Shown here: positions 36,041 to 49,179 of the stretch, piece after piece
Layout: each line of letters opens with the position of its first letter
How positions within the stretch are numbered: the stretch's first letter is position 1
Assembly: GCF_032191835.1 (NCBI RefSeq)
Contig: NC_083227.1
Coordinates: forward strand, 40,982,001-41,046,000
Reading direction: 5' to 3'
Length of the DNA stretch: 64,000 nucleotides
Source of the DNA: Heteronotia binoei
Lineage: Eukaryota
Notes under the pieces: model-generated
Seen by the model: the letters and a program-made list of their open reading frames with translations, nothing else
What the model was told of the DNA's origin: nothing
Database searches by the model: none
Position numbers and translations under genes: made by a program

Positions 36041-37901
36041 GTAAGGCTCTGACTGAACTTGTGGCCACTTTTCTCATGGAAAAATAGCAACAGTCAAAAG
36101 AATTTTATTCATTTATTTATTGGGCTTTTAGCCTTCCCTCTCCTGCAAGCAGGCTGAGGGTGGGCTACACAAGCAATAAATGACACAATCTGACTACTAA
36201 AATGTCACAACTAATCATTAAAGAACAACAAAATAGCATCAATACATAACAGCAGTAACAATGGATGACATCATCCAATCATTCCATCTCCATCTGCTCC
36301 CATATAAGCTTCCCTCACATGTGCAGGTGGATGGCAATGGATGCTGATAAGCAGATGAAAGACAAATTCCTCATTTAAATTGTTTAAGGATGAATGGATT
36401 TGGAAACTGGGAACTCTGCACTGTAAAGGGTTAAATGAGAACATTTCCCAACAGACCATCATGTAGATGAGCCAAGACATGCCCAGAGAGCTCACTCTGC
36501 TATAGTGTACAAACAGGAATGGATCCAAAATGAATCTGGAAGGTCGGTAGGATCCTTTAATCAATTTAAATGAAGCATTGTATGTGGTTGTGTAATATGT
36601 AATGGATGTTAATGCTGGTTCAGTTGTCTTAACATAAATAACTTATTGTGAATTGTACTCTGTACATGCTCCATGAAAATGCCCTGCGTTTTATCAACAT
36701 GTTTTAACTGTTTTTGAACTCACGTATTTAATATATTTTTATATTATTTCAATAGATTCCACCCAACGAAGCTGCATGCAAAACACATAGGGGTTATACA
36801 ATCATTAAACATTCTTTCCTTTGCACCATTTGTCTTCTCATCTTCGCTTTCCACATGTTAGTCATGCATACCGAGAGCTTGCCAACTACATGTGTGATAG
36901 CAGCCTGTGCTAGTCACAATCTTCCCATTAAACATGGTTGCCTTAGTATGCATATACACATTTGCCATGGACATTCAGCTTTGGCAAGAGTAAAATAACC
37001 AGTGGATTTTCCAAGGTTTGCATTTGCACATGCCAGAGCTGTACATACATAGTCAATATGCATTCTGGCCCTGGTCACACAGCATGGTGAACATCAGGGT
37101 AGCCAACTTCCAGATGGGGCTTGGAGATCTCCAAGAATTACAACTTATCTCCAGACTACAGATCAGTTCCCCTGAAAAAAATGGCTGCTTTGGAGAGTGG
37201 ACTCTGTGGCGTTATAGCCCACTGAGTTCCTTCCTCTCCCCAGTCTCCTCACCCCCCAAATCTCCAGGAATTTCCCAACCTTGAATTGGTAACCTTAGAT
37301 GAACACACATATTAGGAGTTTATAAATGTTTAAACCAATCAATCATAGGTAAGCTCCCTCTCTGTAACATCTGAAATGGACATGTTATTAGAGAAATGTA
37401 AGGAATTAGGGTGGAAAGAGTATGGCTAGTTTTTGCTGTGGTGTGAGTCCTACATTTGAGCTGTATCACCTCACACAGCATATTGAGTTGACCGGGCTGA
37501 ATGCTCCTCCGTCTGAAAAGTTCCCAACACAAATAAAACAGCATATAGGATATACCTTTGTTCCTGACAACTAGTTTTGCTGTGTGCAGGGATTGTTGTT
37601 GTAGGAATGAGCTTTCAGTCACAGCTGACTTGGTACAGGCCAATCACAGCTTTACCACTTCATTTTCTGTGCCTGTTTGTGAGGGGGAGGCCCAAGAATG
37701 AGGAAAGGACAGGGAATGAGAGCTGAAGATGCACTGTGAGGACCTCTGGCCCTGGGAAATAAGGCAAAGAGAGAAAAGAACCAGTGCAGTCAAACAAAGC
37801 TGTCAGCCAAAACCTGACCTTCCCAACTGTCTCCAGATGATGCAAATGTGCCCAAGAGTAAGAGCCATCAAGGAAGTAAACACTTTCTTCTTTGGTTTCA
37901 G

Positions 37902-38014
37902 GTAACAGTTCTTGAAGCCAGTGGGCGTGTGGGAGGACGAATGGAGACCTATAGAAATCAGGTGGAAGGCTGGTATGCAAATCTGGGGGCCATGCGTTTG
38001 CTAAAGGAGCAAAG
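37902..38014 (+). CDS. LAAO: L-amino-acid oxidase, exon 3 (113 nt)
   Basis: tttcag| ... |gtaaga; [38 protein letters not shown] (GG motif and substrate-binding Arg). Missed by the ORF track. Confidence 0.95.
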
Positions 38015-39512
38015 GTAAGACATGAGGTAGCCATGTTGCTTATCTGATCAACAGTCATAAATCCTCTCTTGCTCTTCTTCTGTTGCTCTTTCTGTTACTG
38101 CTTGCCAAGGCTGTGCAGAAGAGATCTATTCTCTTGGCAGTGATTTGGCCTATGCACTAGGATGAGGGCCAGAATTACAACTGCCCTCCAGACTACAGAG
38201 ATCAGTTCCCTTGGAGAGCATGGCTGCTCTGGAAGGTGGACTTGATGACATCATACCGTGCTGAAGTCCCTCCCTTCCCTTCCTAAATCTCACTCTTAGC
38301 AGGCTCCATTCTCCAAAAGTCCAAGGATTTAACAACCTGAGTTGGCACTTGGCAACCCAGACTATGCACTCTTAAGGAAGGACTAAAATATGCCAAGGAG
38401 AAAGAGACCAAAAGTTATGATTGGTCATGGTGCCTGTGTTGTTCAGGAGCCAGGGAGAATTGACAGTGGGGTTGGGGAGATGGCTATTAATACTGATTCT
38501 GTGAACTTAGACAGATCATGGAAAAGGACAGAAGGAAGGGCTGCATCAGTGCTTAGCTCTCCTGGCCCTTTCTTACATGCCCAGGGAAATGCTGATTGCT
38601 ACTTCGGCGTCAGGCAGCAATTTTTCTCTACGCCAGTTTGGCCAGGAGTCCTAGAAGGTTGTTGGGGGGGGGGGGGTTGCCATCTTCTGTGCATGGAAAA
38701 GAGGACACTAGGTGTGTGTGTGTGGTGGGGAGAAGATATTTCTGAATTTCCTGCATTGTGCAGGGGGGTTGGACTAGATGACCCTGGAGGTCCCTTCCAA
38801 CTCTATAAATCTATGAGTACAGCTTTCAGATCTCTCACTTCGACAGACTCAGGGGAGCAGGTTGAAATCTCAGGGTCACCAGCTAGCCCACACATTTGAA
38901 GGCTTCTTTGTGATTTCTGTGCATGTCCATTTGTGGAAATTCTGCAGAAATAGTTTGGATATGGAATACAGTAATCTTGCATTAGAACTCCATCTGCCAT
39001 TTCTGCTGTCCCTACTGCTAGCTTTTCAGGAGGGGTCTTTGCATGGCTAGGCCGAGGGGCATTTCTGCCATAGCAACACAAATGGAAACTGAGACGCACA
39101 CCTTTGTACGCTGCAACCCAGGGAGACAAAGTGGTACAGAGGGTGAACCAGGAACACACAGGGAAGTGAAAATGGCTCTTGAGAAAGTCAACCTGAGCAA
39201 TTCCTATGGTGCTACAAGCCAATTCTACAGAGGTCGCTCAGCTCAGAAGTGCAAACAAGGGGTATTTGGTCAGTCCTTTGCAAACAAGGGGTATTTGATC
39301 GGCCCTTCTGATATCAAACACCATTGCCACTTGAGTGGCCTGTGCTTGTACTATCGGGGTGGGGGGAGAGAGATAGAGAAGCTCCCCCTTATCTGCCTCA
39401 TAGTCCTGTGACACTCAAAATTCAGCTTTACAATTTGGTACCAAAGAATCAGAGTTTTGTATCATTCGAATCTTTTGTCTTTGGCCCATGGTTTCCTCCT
39501 TTCTCCACTCAG

Positions 39513-39714
39513 GATCGTCCATGAATATATAAAGAAATTTGGGCTGAAGCTGTCTGAATTCATTCAGTATAACCCAAACACCTGGTATTTTGTCAACAAC
39601 ATCAGAAAGAGAGCCTGGGAAGTGAGAGAGAAGCCCAGCATTTTGGGATATCATCTGAAGCCTGAAGAAGAAGGCAAAGCCGCTAACCAGTTATTTCGTG
39701 ATGCCATCAAAAAG
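39513..39714 (+). CDS. LAAO: L-amino-acid oxidase, exon 4 (202 nt)
   Basis: ctccactcag| ... aag|gtctgg; [67 protein letters not shown]; phase 2 in, phase 0 out. Confidence 0.93.
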
Positions 39715-41000
39715 GTCTGGACCTTTTAAAAAATGTTTTTAAAAAGAACTATCAACAGATGGATATATAATAAAGCAGTCTTATAAATATAAATGTGTAC
39801 ACTATATCCACCATATTAAGAATCCTTAAGAGCACAGAAAATTACATTAAAGTAGATTCAGCCATTATAATTATAGTAGAGAATATAGCATTGCAAAATT
39901 ATTCACAGGAAATAATCTCAAAACAAGTGATTAAATACATTTTTAAAGACATTCCAGTACCTCCTTCTCCATTATGTTCACTGGAATGTACTGATTCCAG
40001 ATTTTTATAAAAGACCAGATTCAGTCATTACAAACCAAACACTACCCAATTGCTGTATTTTTCTGGAGTTGCTTGATGTTTCCACATCTGAGCTAATGTC
40101 ATATTGGCTGTTATAATAATGTTCTTTTACTCTATATTACGCCTATTCCAGAAAATATGTTGTCAGAGAAAAACGGAGTCAAATGAGGGCAGGGTTTAGG
40201 GAGAAGCCGCAAACCAGATATAATGCCATAGAGTCCACTCTTCAAAGCAGCGATTTTCTGAAGAGGGACAGATCTCTGTTATCTGGAAATCAGTTCTAAT
40301 TCCAGGAGATCTTCATGTCCCACCTGGAGATTGGCAAACCTCTCCCTCTCCCATCTAGATTTATAATCCCAGTTTATGTTATCTGTTTCCTGAAAGCAGG
40401 GACGGATCTAGGGGGGTGCTTGCCCCAGGCGCCGAGGGAGGGGAGGCGCCAAATAGGGTGTGGAGTCCATTGTATTCTATGGGACCATAAGACATAATGG
40501 CCCATAAGGGGGCGTCATTTTTTAATTTTGCCCCCCTGTCAAAAAGCATGTAGATCCGGTTTTGTCTGAAAGTGAGAGTAAACTTTGGTCTTTAAGAATT
40601 TGTGTAGAGCTGGAGCCATATTGCAGCTCTAAGGGCTGTACTACAACCACTGCCCAGGTGGGGTGGGAGGGCAGGGCAGCAACCCCTCTGTGAGGATGAG
40701 AGCAAGACATGGGGCTTACCTCCAGCTTCAGAAGCAAAGCCAGCAGTTGGTACAACTGCAGGGCTGGGCCTCCTCAGAGCTGCAGAAGCAGATAGCCAAG
40801 CTGGGAACACCATAGTGTCAAGCCCTAGGCACATCAGAAACTGATGTAATGCTTCCACATCCTGATGGATTATAAGATTTGGTCTTTAAGAGATTATAGA
40901 TGACCCTGTCTTTGGCTAAAGAGTTAAGAAACACTGATAATATAAGATGGACATGGGAGGGAGAACAGGAGAGTAAATGTTGCAGCTGCCTAGACTGAAG

Positions 41001-41310
41001 GGGGAAAAAAGGAAAGGTCTCCTGTGCAAGCACCAGTCGTTTCCGACTCTGGGGTGACATTGCTTTCACAACGTTTTCACGGCAGACGTTTTACGGGGTG
41101 GTTTGCCATTGCCTTCCCCAGTTTTTTACACTTTCCCCCCAGGCAAGCTGGGTACTCATTTTACCGACCTTGGAAGGATGGAAGGCTGAATCAACCTTGG
41201 GCCGGCTACCTGAATCCAGCTTCCGCTGGAATCAAATTCAGGTCGTGAGCAGAGAGTTCAGACCACAGTACTTTAGTACCGCTGCTTTACCACTTTGTGC
41301 CACAGGGCTG
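41001..41310 (-). mobile_element. Sauria SINE in LAAO intron 4
   Basis: TSD ctagactgaag (40990-41000 / 41311-41321); reverse complement of the element at 31629..31923. Confidence 0.88.
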
Positions 41311-42756
41311 CTAGACTGAAGAAGGAGGTCCAAATCAACTCTGGCTGGTTTAGGGAAAACTGATAGGGCTTTATAGATGGGAAGAACATATTGTGAAATG
41401 GATAAGATGTGCAAGCATGCATAAGTATACCCATTATAGCTTGTTGATGCTTTTATTGCCTTCCATATGTCATGTTGTAAACCACAGCATATCAACAGAC
41501 ACACACATACAAAAAAACCCTGCTCTGGCCTGGATGAGGAGCCCAGCTTTTATTCAGAGACAACAAAGTCAGTGACTCCAGCTCCATCAAGCCAACATAA
41601 GATATGCTGCACCATTCACAGTCATTTTTGCATGTCACCCTTCCTCCAAGGTACTCAGGCTAGCATGGGAACTTCCCACAGGCGAAGATTGTTCTCTTTC
41701 ACTGAGCCATCATGCCTTCTCTCTGGGGAGGAAGATTTGGGCAGTAATTCTTACTATGAGAAAGTTACAACTCTATCCTATTGCATACAAACTAACATTT
41801 CCTAAGATGATCCTATTTGCATCTGTGAAATATTGGTGGTTATGCAGTTCTTCTGGGGTTTTTTGCTATCGTTACAGAAACCCCAGGTTTATTTAAGTTT
41901 GGCAAGCCACCATGTGTGACAGGTAGAACATGTGAGAGCCAGAGGTGTCACTTTTGTCTGGTGCTCTAGAAATCAATCAGTTGGTTAGTTTCTTTGCCTC
42001 ACTGCAATCCAAAAATCAAGAATTGGGTTCTGGAACAAAGGGAAGTGTCGAGTGTTAGATCCATTTTTCTCTGTTATTGTTTACTATTTACCGGTATTTA
42101 TTAAATTAGATTTTTAAATCGCCGTCTCCTGCAAAGCAGGGCACAGAGGGGTGTACATCAATAAAAACAATCATGTATTAATTTACCAGTTGTTGTAATT
42201 GTCCAGAACCCAGCATTGCCTGGGATGGGGCAATCAATTAAATTTAATAAATAAGTTAAAACAATAGAATTACCATTAAAATACAGTAAATGACCTAATA
42301 GGATGATTCTAAGCTACCAACTGTGTCATTGCCTTGTGGCGGCAGAGGCGGGGGGGCAGGAGACAGGAGCACTGGAGAGATGGAAACCATTGCTGTCCCC
42401 AACCAAATGCCTGGTGAAACATCTCTGCTTTACAGGCCCTGTAGAATTGCATTAGGTCCTGCAGAGCCCAGATAATATTTGGCAGAGTTCACTAGGTTGG
42501 AGCAGGCCCTGGCCTTGGTCAAGGATAATTGGACCAAGAAAAGTTCTTATCTGCCAAGCACAATGCTCTTCACGGGGTATAACTAGGATAGGCGGTCCCA
42601 AAGATACATGGGTCTCAGACCATTTAGGGCTTTGAAGGTTAACACCAGAACTTTGAGCTCAATCTGGTACTTTGTTTTCAATACAGCCTTTGCTCATTCT
42701 CCTTACATTATTATTTTTTTCTTTTGAGTCTGACTTTTTCTCGATGTTCCTCCCAG

Positions 42757-42825
42757 GTTTTAGAAGAGCTGCAGAAGACAAACTGCAGCCACATATTTCA
42801 AAAATACGACTCCTACTCAACCAAG
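42757..42825 (+). CDS. LAAO: L-amino-acid oxidase, exon 5 (69 nt)
   Basis: ttcctcccag| ... aag|gtaaac; VLEELQKTNCSHIFQKYDSYSTK (matches venom LAAO [23 protein letters not shown]). Not the frame shown in the ORF track. Confidence 0.95.
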
Positions 42826-44884
42826 GTAAACAAAGTTTCCCTAAAGCTACAGTTCTAACTTTTGAAGTGGGAAGAACCAGCCACGGAACATGAGAGTGTG
42901 GTGGGGGGTACTTATGCCCTACATGCAGCCCTTCTCCAGAATCAAGTTTAAAACAGGAGCTTATTCATTATTCTGTCTTGAAATAGGAAGAGTGGTGGTT
43001 TTGACTGGATAAGTCAACAGCTTTTGAAAACTTTATGTCCAACACGATGGAGAGCTTGCCTGTTGTTCTAGGAATATGCTTCTCACTTTGAGAAGAAGAT
43101 AACTAGAGCTCAGAATCACAGACAGACTTACGCCCAAGGAGAAGGATCCACCACATATTCTGGGTAGAGGGCATGGCTCAATGGCAGAGTGCATGCCATA
43201 GGTTCAGGAAGATGGATTAATTTGAAAGAAAACTGCTGCATTGTGCCACATAACTGACAAAAAGCAGGGGTGTTGAAATTCAAGTTCCACCAGTATTTGT
43301 GGCTGATATGATGAATGGTGGAGGGAACTGTGATTGGCAGTACATCCTTTAAATTTGGTAATGTAAAGGCACTGCTGTGCACCTAGGCTTACCAATCCCC
43401 AGATCCCAGGAGGGGTTCCCCCGCTTCTGCAGGCTCCTTCCTGCCCCCAGTCATCACATTGTATTGAAGTGAAATGGAGCATGTGTATAGACTGCCTGAG
43501 TATGAAGTGTGAGAATTGGATTGCATGAAGCTTGTCGAAGCTTATGTGAAACGAGGATATATGGCCTCGTTGCTTGATATTACTGCCAAGCTGCATTGGA
43601 CTCAAGAATTCTTCAACTGGAGCACTGGACTCTTTTTGGATGCTTCCTCTGACCCTCTTATGCTTTGACAGCATCATAAAGAGACTTTGGGAACCTGGGG
43701 GTGCAGATGTTCTTGTTTGTATGCACTAACAGTGATGTGTCTAATTTGAAATAATTTATTAGTGCTTGATAAAAATTATTTTTTTGTAATTGGTCTGAGG
43801 CTGGTTAACTTGGAGACTTTGTGCCTTTTTTCCCCCTGCTCCAATTTTCCATGTTTCTCTTTTGGCTTCCAGGGGTTCCCCCACTTTTGCAGGCTCCTTT
43901 CTGCCCCCAGTCAACTGGCCTGTGGGGGAAGCCCCACCCCCACAGCCACTATGTGCCTTTTCACCTCAGAAGGCTTATGAAGACTTTGGAAGGGCTTGCT
44001 TTTGAAAAGTGTGTGTGCCTTTAAAACTTTGGAGTTAGATTGAATGGGGTTGGGGTGAGAACTCCAGAACTCATTTGCACAGTAAAATAGAGAGAACCTC
44101 TGGTTTCCCTGTATTAGTCTGAAGAACTTGGTTAAGAGTACAGAATTCAACAACTCCCATGGTGAGTAAATTGTCCCAGTGAGACCACAAAGTGTGTGTT
44201 CCCCAACTGTGTTTATTTTGGCTGCTTTGGCTGGGAGATGAGGGAATGAAGACTGTATTCAGGAGAACTACACTGCTGTGTTTTTATTTATTTATTTTAG
44301 GGAATAGGAAAGTCTCCTGGCTCTACTCCCAAAGTCTCCCAGCCCCACCCCCAAAGTCCTCAGGTATTTTCTGAGTTAGACGGCAACCCTATATAAACCA
44401 CTGGTACCACAAATGTGGGACAGGCAGCTGGCCCTACTTTAGGTCCTCAGCATCTCTAGTTAAAGAATCTCAGTTGGGAAAGCCCTATCTCCACCCGAGA
44501 CCCTCAAGAACCACAGCCAATCAGAATACACAGTCCTGATGCTCATGGTCCTATGGCTCTGTGACCATTGTGCACATGTTTCTATGTGAATATGTAGTCT
44601 ACAACTACTTCACAATAGACCAATGTAAGGAAGTGACCTTCCTTTCACCACCCCTTACTTCTCTGCCAATCAAGCTGCTGGCCTAAGTTTAACATTGGCT
44701 GAAGCAAATAAATACCATTTCTAACAAAATGACCAACACACATTAAAAAAATCTGTGACTATATGAGGAAGTGTGTGTTGGTTTTAATGGCTTTTGAGAT
44801 TTTAATTTGCATGTTTTAATTTGTTAGCTACCTTGGTGATTCTATGGGGGTAAAAGGTGGAGTAAAATTTTGTTAATCATGTTG

Positions 44885-46137
44885 AAAGCAATTGAGCGCC
44901 AGTTAAAGAGGAAAGCAATGCAAAGAAGATGGGGGAAGTTATGTCATCTCCTCACTCTGATTTTGAACTGCTTCTTAAACAATTGGACTATAATCTTAAA
45001 GGCATAATTTCTAAATCCTATGCTATATTGATTTCTCTGGGTAGTGCTCAACGTTTACCATGCCAATCAAAATGGGAACATAATTGTGGAATAGCTCTCA
45101 GCGATGACCAATGGAACAAGATTTGTTCATCTAATTTGTTCCGCACTAAACTGATCAGTTCAAAATTATTATCTTACAAAATTATAACTCAGTGGTACCT
45201 CACACCTAAAAAACTATCCTTAATATCATCTAACCACTCTCCGGTATGCTAGAAAAACTGTGGTGAAGTCGGTGATTTTGCCCACTGCTGGTGGAGTGTC
45301 CTCGAATTATTTCATTCTGGCATGAGATTTTGCATCAATTCAAAATTATAACGGTATATGAAATCCCATTTCTTCTGGACATCTGGCAAGATCGAACAGT
45401 ACCTCAATTTAGGCGAACACTGATATCTAGCATGCTAATAGCAGCAAAAACCCTAATTGCATCAAAATGGAGATCACCTCAAATTCCAACAATCTCCAGC
45501 TGGTTATCCAAGGTTTGGGACATTCTCATACTAGAAAAAATAACATATCCAACATTCAAACTCAGACAATGATATCTAGAAATTCACAGAGAAATTGTTT
45601 CCTTTTATTGTTCATTACAGCAAATGATATTCAACCACACAAACCAGAATATCCTGATCTTCTCTACTTATAAGTTTTTAATATTTTTCTTTTGTTTTTT
45701 CTTCTTTTCCTTTTACTAGTACTTTTTTATTTCTCTCTTTTTCTACCTTCCTTTTCTTTTACTGTGCTAGTCATGGATCGCACCTAATAGTAATTACTCC
45801 ATAGTAATTTTTGGAATAATCTGTAGTAGTTTGCATAAAAATTATTTAGGCAGTTAAGAATTCTTAGCAATGCTTATTTAATAGTTTAATGATAATATGG
45901 GTTCAATTAGATTGATTGTATTTTGATACAGGAATTATTGCCTTAACTTTAATCTTGTTTTCATCTTGATCTCTCTCCTTGGATAGAAAATGGTCTACAT
46001 ATCTGGACACATCTATATAACTTAAAATTCCCACTAGATATTTTATTGTATGTATGTACCGGTATTTATGTTTATTTATAACCTGATTCCATAAGATTAA
46101 TTAATTGTATATGAGTATTAATATTGATATTAACTTG
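44885..46137 (+). mobile_element. L1-clade LINE 3' fragment (ORF2 C-terminus with Cys/His knuckle, AT-rich 3' UTR) in LAAO intron 5
   Basis: YKIITQWYLTPKKL...C(*)KNCGEVGDFAHCWWECPRIISFW...IAAKTLIASKW; runs into the N gap. Confidence 0.85.
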
Positions 46138-46300
46138 NNNNNNNNNNNNNNNNNNNNNNNNNNNNNNNNNNNNNNNNNNNNNNNNNNNNNNNNNNNNNNN
46201 NNNNNNNNNNNNNNNNNNNNNNNNNNNNNNNNNNNNNNNNNNNNNNNNNNNNNNNNNNNNNNNNNNNNNNNNNNNNNNNNNNNNNNNNNNNNNNNNNNNN
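46138..46300. other. Assembly gap (163 N)
   Basis: Run of N in LAAO intron 5. Confidence 1.
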
Positions 46301-46528
46301 GAAGTCCCAGATCGCTTATAAAATCCTTAAGCAGGAGATTTTGGTTGGGGAATTTCCGGATTGTTCCCATCTTCTACAGTTCCCTATTAGGCTCCCAGTT
46401 GTTAGATGTTAAATTGGTACTAGCTTGGCAAATCAATGTAATTAAGTATCTGCATACTGCTTGGCTAAATCTCATGTGAAAAAATGATGCTGACACTCCT
46501 CAGACCTGGAACTCTTTTCTCTTAACAG

Positions 46529-46662
46529 CAATATTTAATCGAGGTGGCAAACTTGAGCCAGGGAGCCGTCCAGCTTATTGGGGACTTGCTAAACCATGAT
46601 GCTAGTTATTACCAGGGCTTCGTTGAGAGTTTGAAAACAGAAATCTTTGCTCGTTCAAAGGG
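46529..46662 (+). CDS. LAAO: L-amino-acid oxidase, exon 6 (134 nt)
   Basis: cttttctcttaacag| ... gg|gtaagc; QYLIEVANLSQGAVQLIGDLLNHDASYYQGFVESLKTEIFARSKG. Missed by the ORF track. Confidence 0.95.
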
Positions 46663-46799
46663 GTAAGCAAATGTGGCTTGCTGGGGAAACTGGGAAAGAT
46701 TAATCCAAGCTGACAAAACATAGTCATTTGTACCCAGTGGGAAATTTCCAGTGTTGCATTATGGCATTTGTCCAAAAAAACCTTTAATGAAGCCCATAC

Positions 46800-47060
46800 A
46801 GGGCTTTTTTTGAGCAGGAATGCACAGGAATGCAGTTCTGGCTGGCTTGGCATCAGGGGTGTGTGGCCTAATATGCAAATGAGTTCCTGCTGGGCTTTTT
46901 CTACAAAAAAGCCCTGTGTGAAACAATGGTGACATCAGGGTGCGGCCTAATATGCAAATGAGTTCCTGCTGGACTTCTACAAAAAAGCCCCGTGTGAAAC
47001 AATGGTGCTATCAGAAGGTGTGGCCTAATATGAAAATAAGTTCCTGCTCAGTTTTTTCTA
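46800..47060. mobile_element. agggcttttt-family MITE with tandem internal units carrying ATGCAAAT octamers
   Basis: Repeated gtgtggcctaatatgcaaatgagttcctgct units at about 46860, 46940 and a degenerate one at 47020. Confidence 0.75.
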
Positions 47061-48488
47061 CCACCCCACCCCCCGGAACCCATATAAATCAATTCACCAA
47101 GAGCAGGACATATTTACCATATAGATTTATTTATTCATTTGCAATATTTATTTATTGCAATATTCATTTGCATTTATTTATTCATTTGCAATATTTCTAG
47201 GCTCACCTTTCTACACCCCAAAATAGTACCCACAACTTCTGGTTCCAAATCAAAAGGTTTTGCCTGTCAAGGGTTATCATTATATGGATAGGACAGAGGC
47301 TGGGAAGCTGCTTTGCCTTCATATCTCTATGAATTTGTGTATTTTTTGCCTTACGCTGACTAGAAACAGTGTACAACAGTGAATTTCCAGAGTTTCTTCC
47401 TCTTCCTAACTTCATGTTATGTACACTACAGATAGAAATGCATAACAGTCAGGAGGGGCAGCACTGTGCTGGACTTTGAACAGAGTGATGGGAGGTTCAG
47501 ATTGCTCCTGAAATCTTGAAGCTCATTGGGTGATCCTGGGCCAATCCCTTTCTCCTGATCCAGCCTACCTCATAGGGTTGACTGGAGGATAAAGCTGGAG
47601 GAAAGAGCCCTAGACATGCTACCCTGAGCTCACTGGAGAAAGGACAGCATCAATCAACCTGTAGCTGGTTCCTTTCTCCTTGCAACTGTAGTTATGGGTG
47701 TGGTTTTACCCTAGCTGAAATGCCATGCATTTATTATAATACAATAAAACTCAAGCAACAGAATAGAACCAGTTAGAAAGCAGTGCAATTTGTATGATAT
47801 TAAACACCTGGGTGAATAGGCATGCTTTTCTTTCACACCTAAAATAAAAAATGGGTGCCAAAGGAAGGGCGGGGATCAGCAACATTATATAAATAAGAAG
47901 GTAGTACATCTCTTACTAAATAGCTGTTCTGCAAAATGCTATACAGCTGCCATAAATCATACTGTTAGGAAGGGTCCAATCACGAAGAGGGTCATATCTC
48001 CAGTAGCTCCAAAGGTCGGGCCATCCAAAGTCAAGCCTCCAGCTACAATCTTAACAAATGAGCAGACTCAAAGTGCACTTGTCAGGATTTTTAGTGTATG
48101 TGTGTTATAGCAGTTAAATGGATATAATGGCACTGTGATATAAAGCTGTCCAGGCTGTTATTATCAGTGAACTCCAGATAAACCTGAAGGCTGATACATG
48201 AGGTTTGTCACTGTGTTGAATCCAAACCAGCCCCAAGAGCAAAAACAAACAAACAAGAACAACAAACCAAAAACATGCAATATAAAAAACACCATTCATT
48301 AATCAGATATTCAGGAGGTCCTGAGATAAACTGAGATTGTATTTTCTATAAAATCCATAAGAAAGTGATGGTTCTGCTTGGAGCAGCTTTTAGCTGAGTT
48401 AGACAACTGCCTAGTCTCCCACTGCCAAGGCCAACTATTTCAATAACAGTTCCTTCTCTCAAGGTGGTGACAGGTCTTACCTCTAGAG

Positions 48489-49085
48489 CAGGGGTGTTGA
48501 ACATGCAGTCCGGGGGCTGAATCAGGCCCCCAGAGGGCTCCTATCAGGCCCCTGAGCCACTGGCTGTGGTCTGCTTCCTTCTCCTTTCTCTTGCTTTCTT
48601 TTGCATCATAGCTTGCTTTGCCAGGCTTGCTCAATTGCACAGGAGCTACAGAGCAAAACCTGTTTTCTCCATTGGCTGAGGCTCCACCCTGGGGGCGAAG
48701 GGGGGAGGAGAGCTTGCTTTGCCAGGCTCTCTCAATCACACAGGAGAGCTACTGATCCAAGCCTCTCTTCCTTCTATCAGCTAAGGCTTCTCCCCCTCCT
48801 GGTCCCCTGAAGAAAGAAGGAAAGAGCCAGAGCTTCCTTTGCCCAGTTCCCTGGATCACACGGGAGAGATACAAAGAAAGCATCTTTATGACCAATAAAT
48901 GCTAATGTTTTAAGATTGTTTTATTTAAAGTTTTTTTTAAAAAAAATATTTGTGTTTTCTGTGTGTTTTACAAATTTTATATCTCTGCTACCCGGCATTA
49001 CATTTTATGACACACACGGCCCAGCCCAACAAGGTCTCATTTATGTCAGATCCGGCCCTCATAACAAATGAGTTTGACACCCCTG
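48489..49085. mobile_element. hAT MITE (caggggtgtcaaac family) at the end of LAAO intron 6
   Basis: TIRs caggggtgttgaac / gtttgacacccctg; TSD ctctagag/ttctagag. Confidence 0.9.
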
Positions 49086-49179
49086 TTCTAGAGTATACCA
49101 GTGGGGGGAAATATTGTGAAGAAGCCCCTCTGTCTTTCTGTTTCCAACCTGTTTATTCAACTTTGCTTTTGTCTTGCAG

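Noticed and set aside
43200-43710. Coding-looking stretch in intron 5 (EMEHVYRLPEYEV*ELDCMKLVEAYVKRG...)
   Set aside because: Several stops and no family I can identify; may be an old pseudogene or TE relic, but unsupported without a search.
48950-49179. N-terminal 77 aa of the 343-aa ORF
   Set aside because: Comes from the hAT MITE and intron 6 sequence; the real exon starts at 49180.
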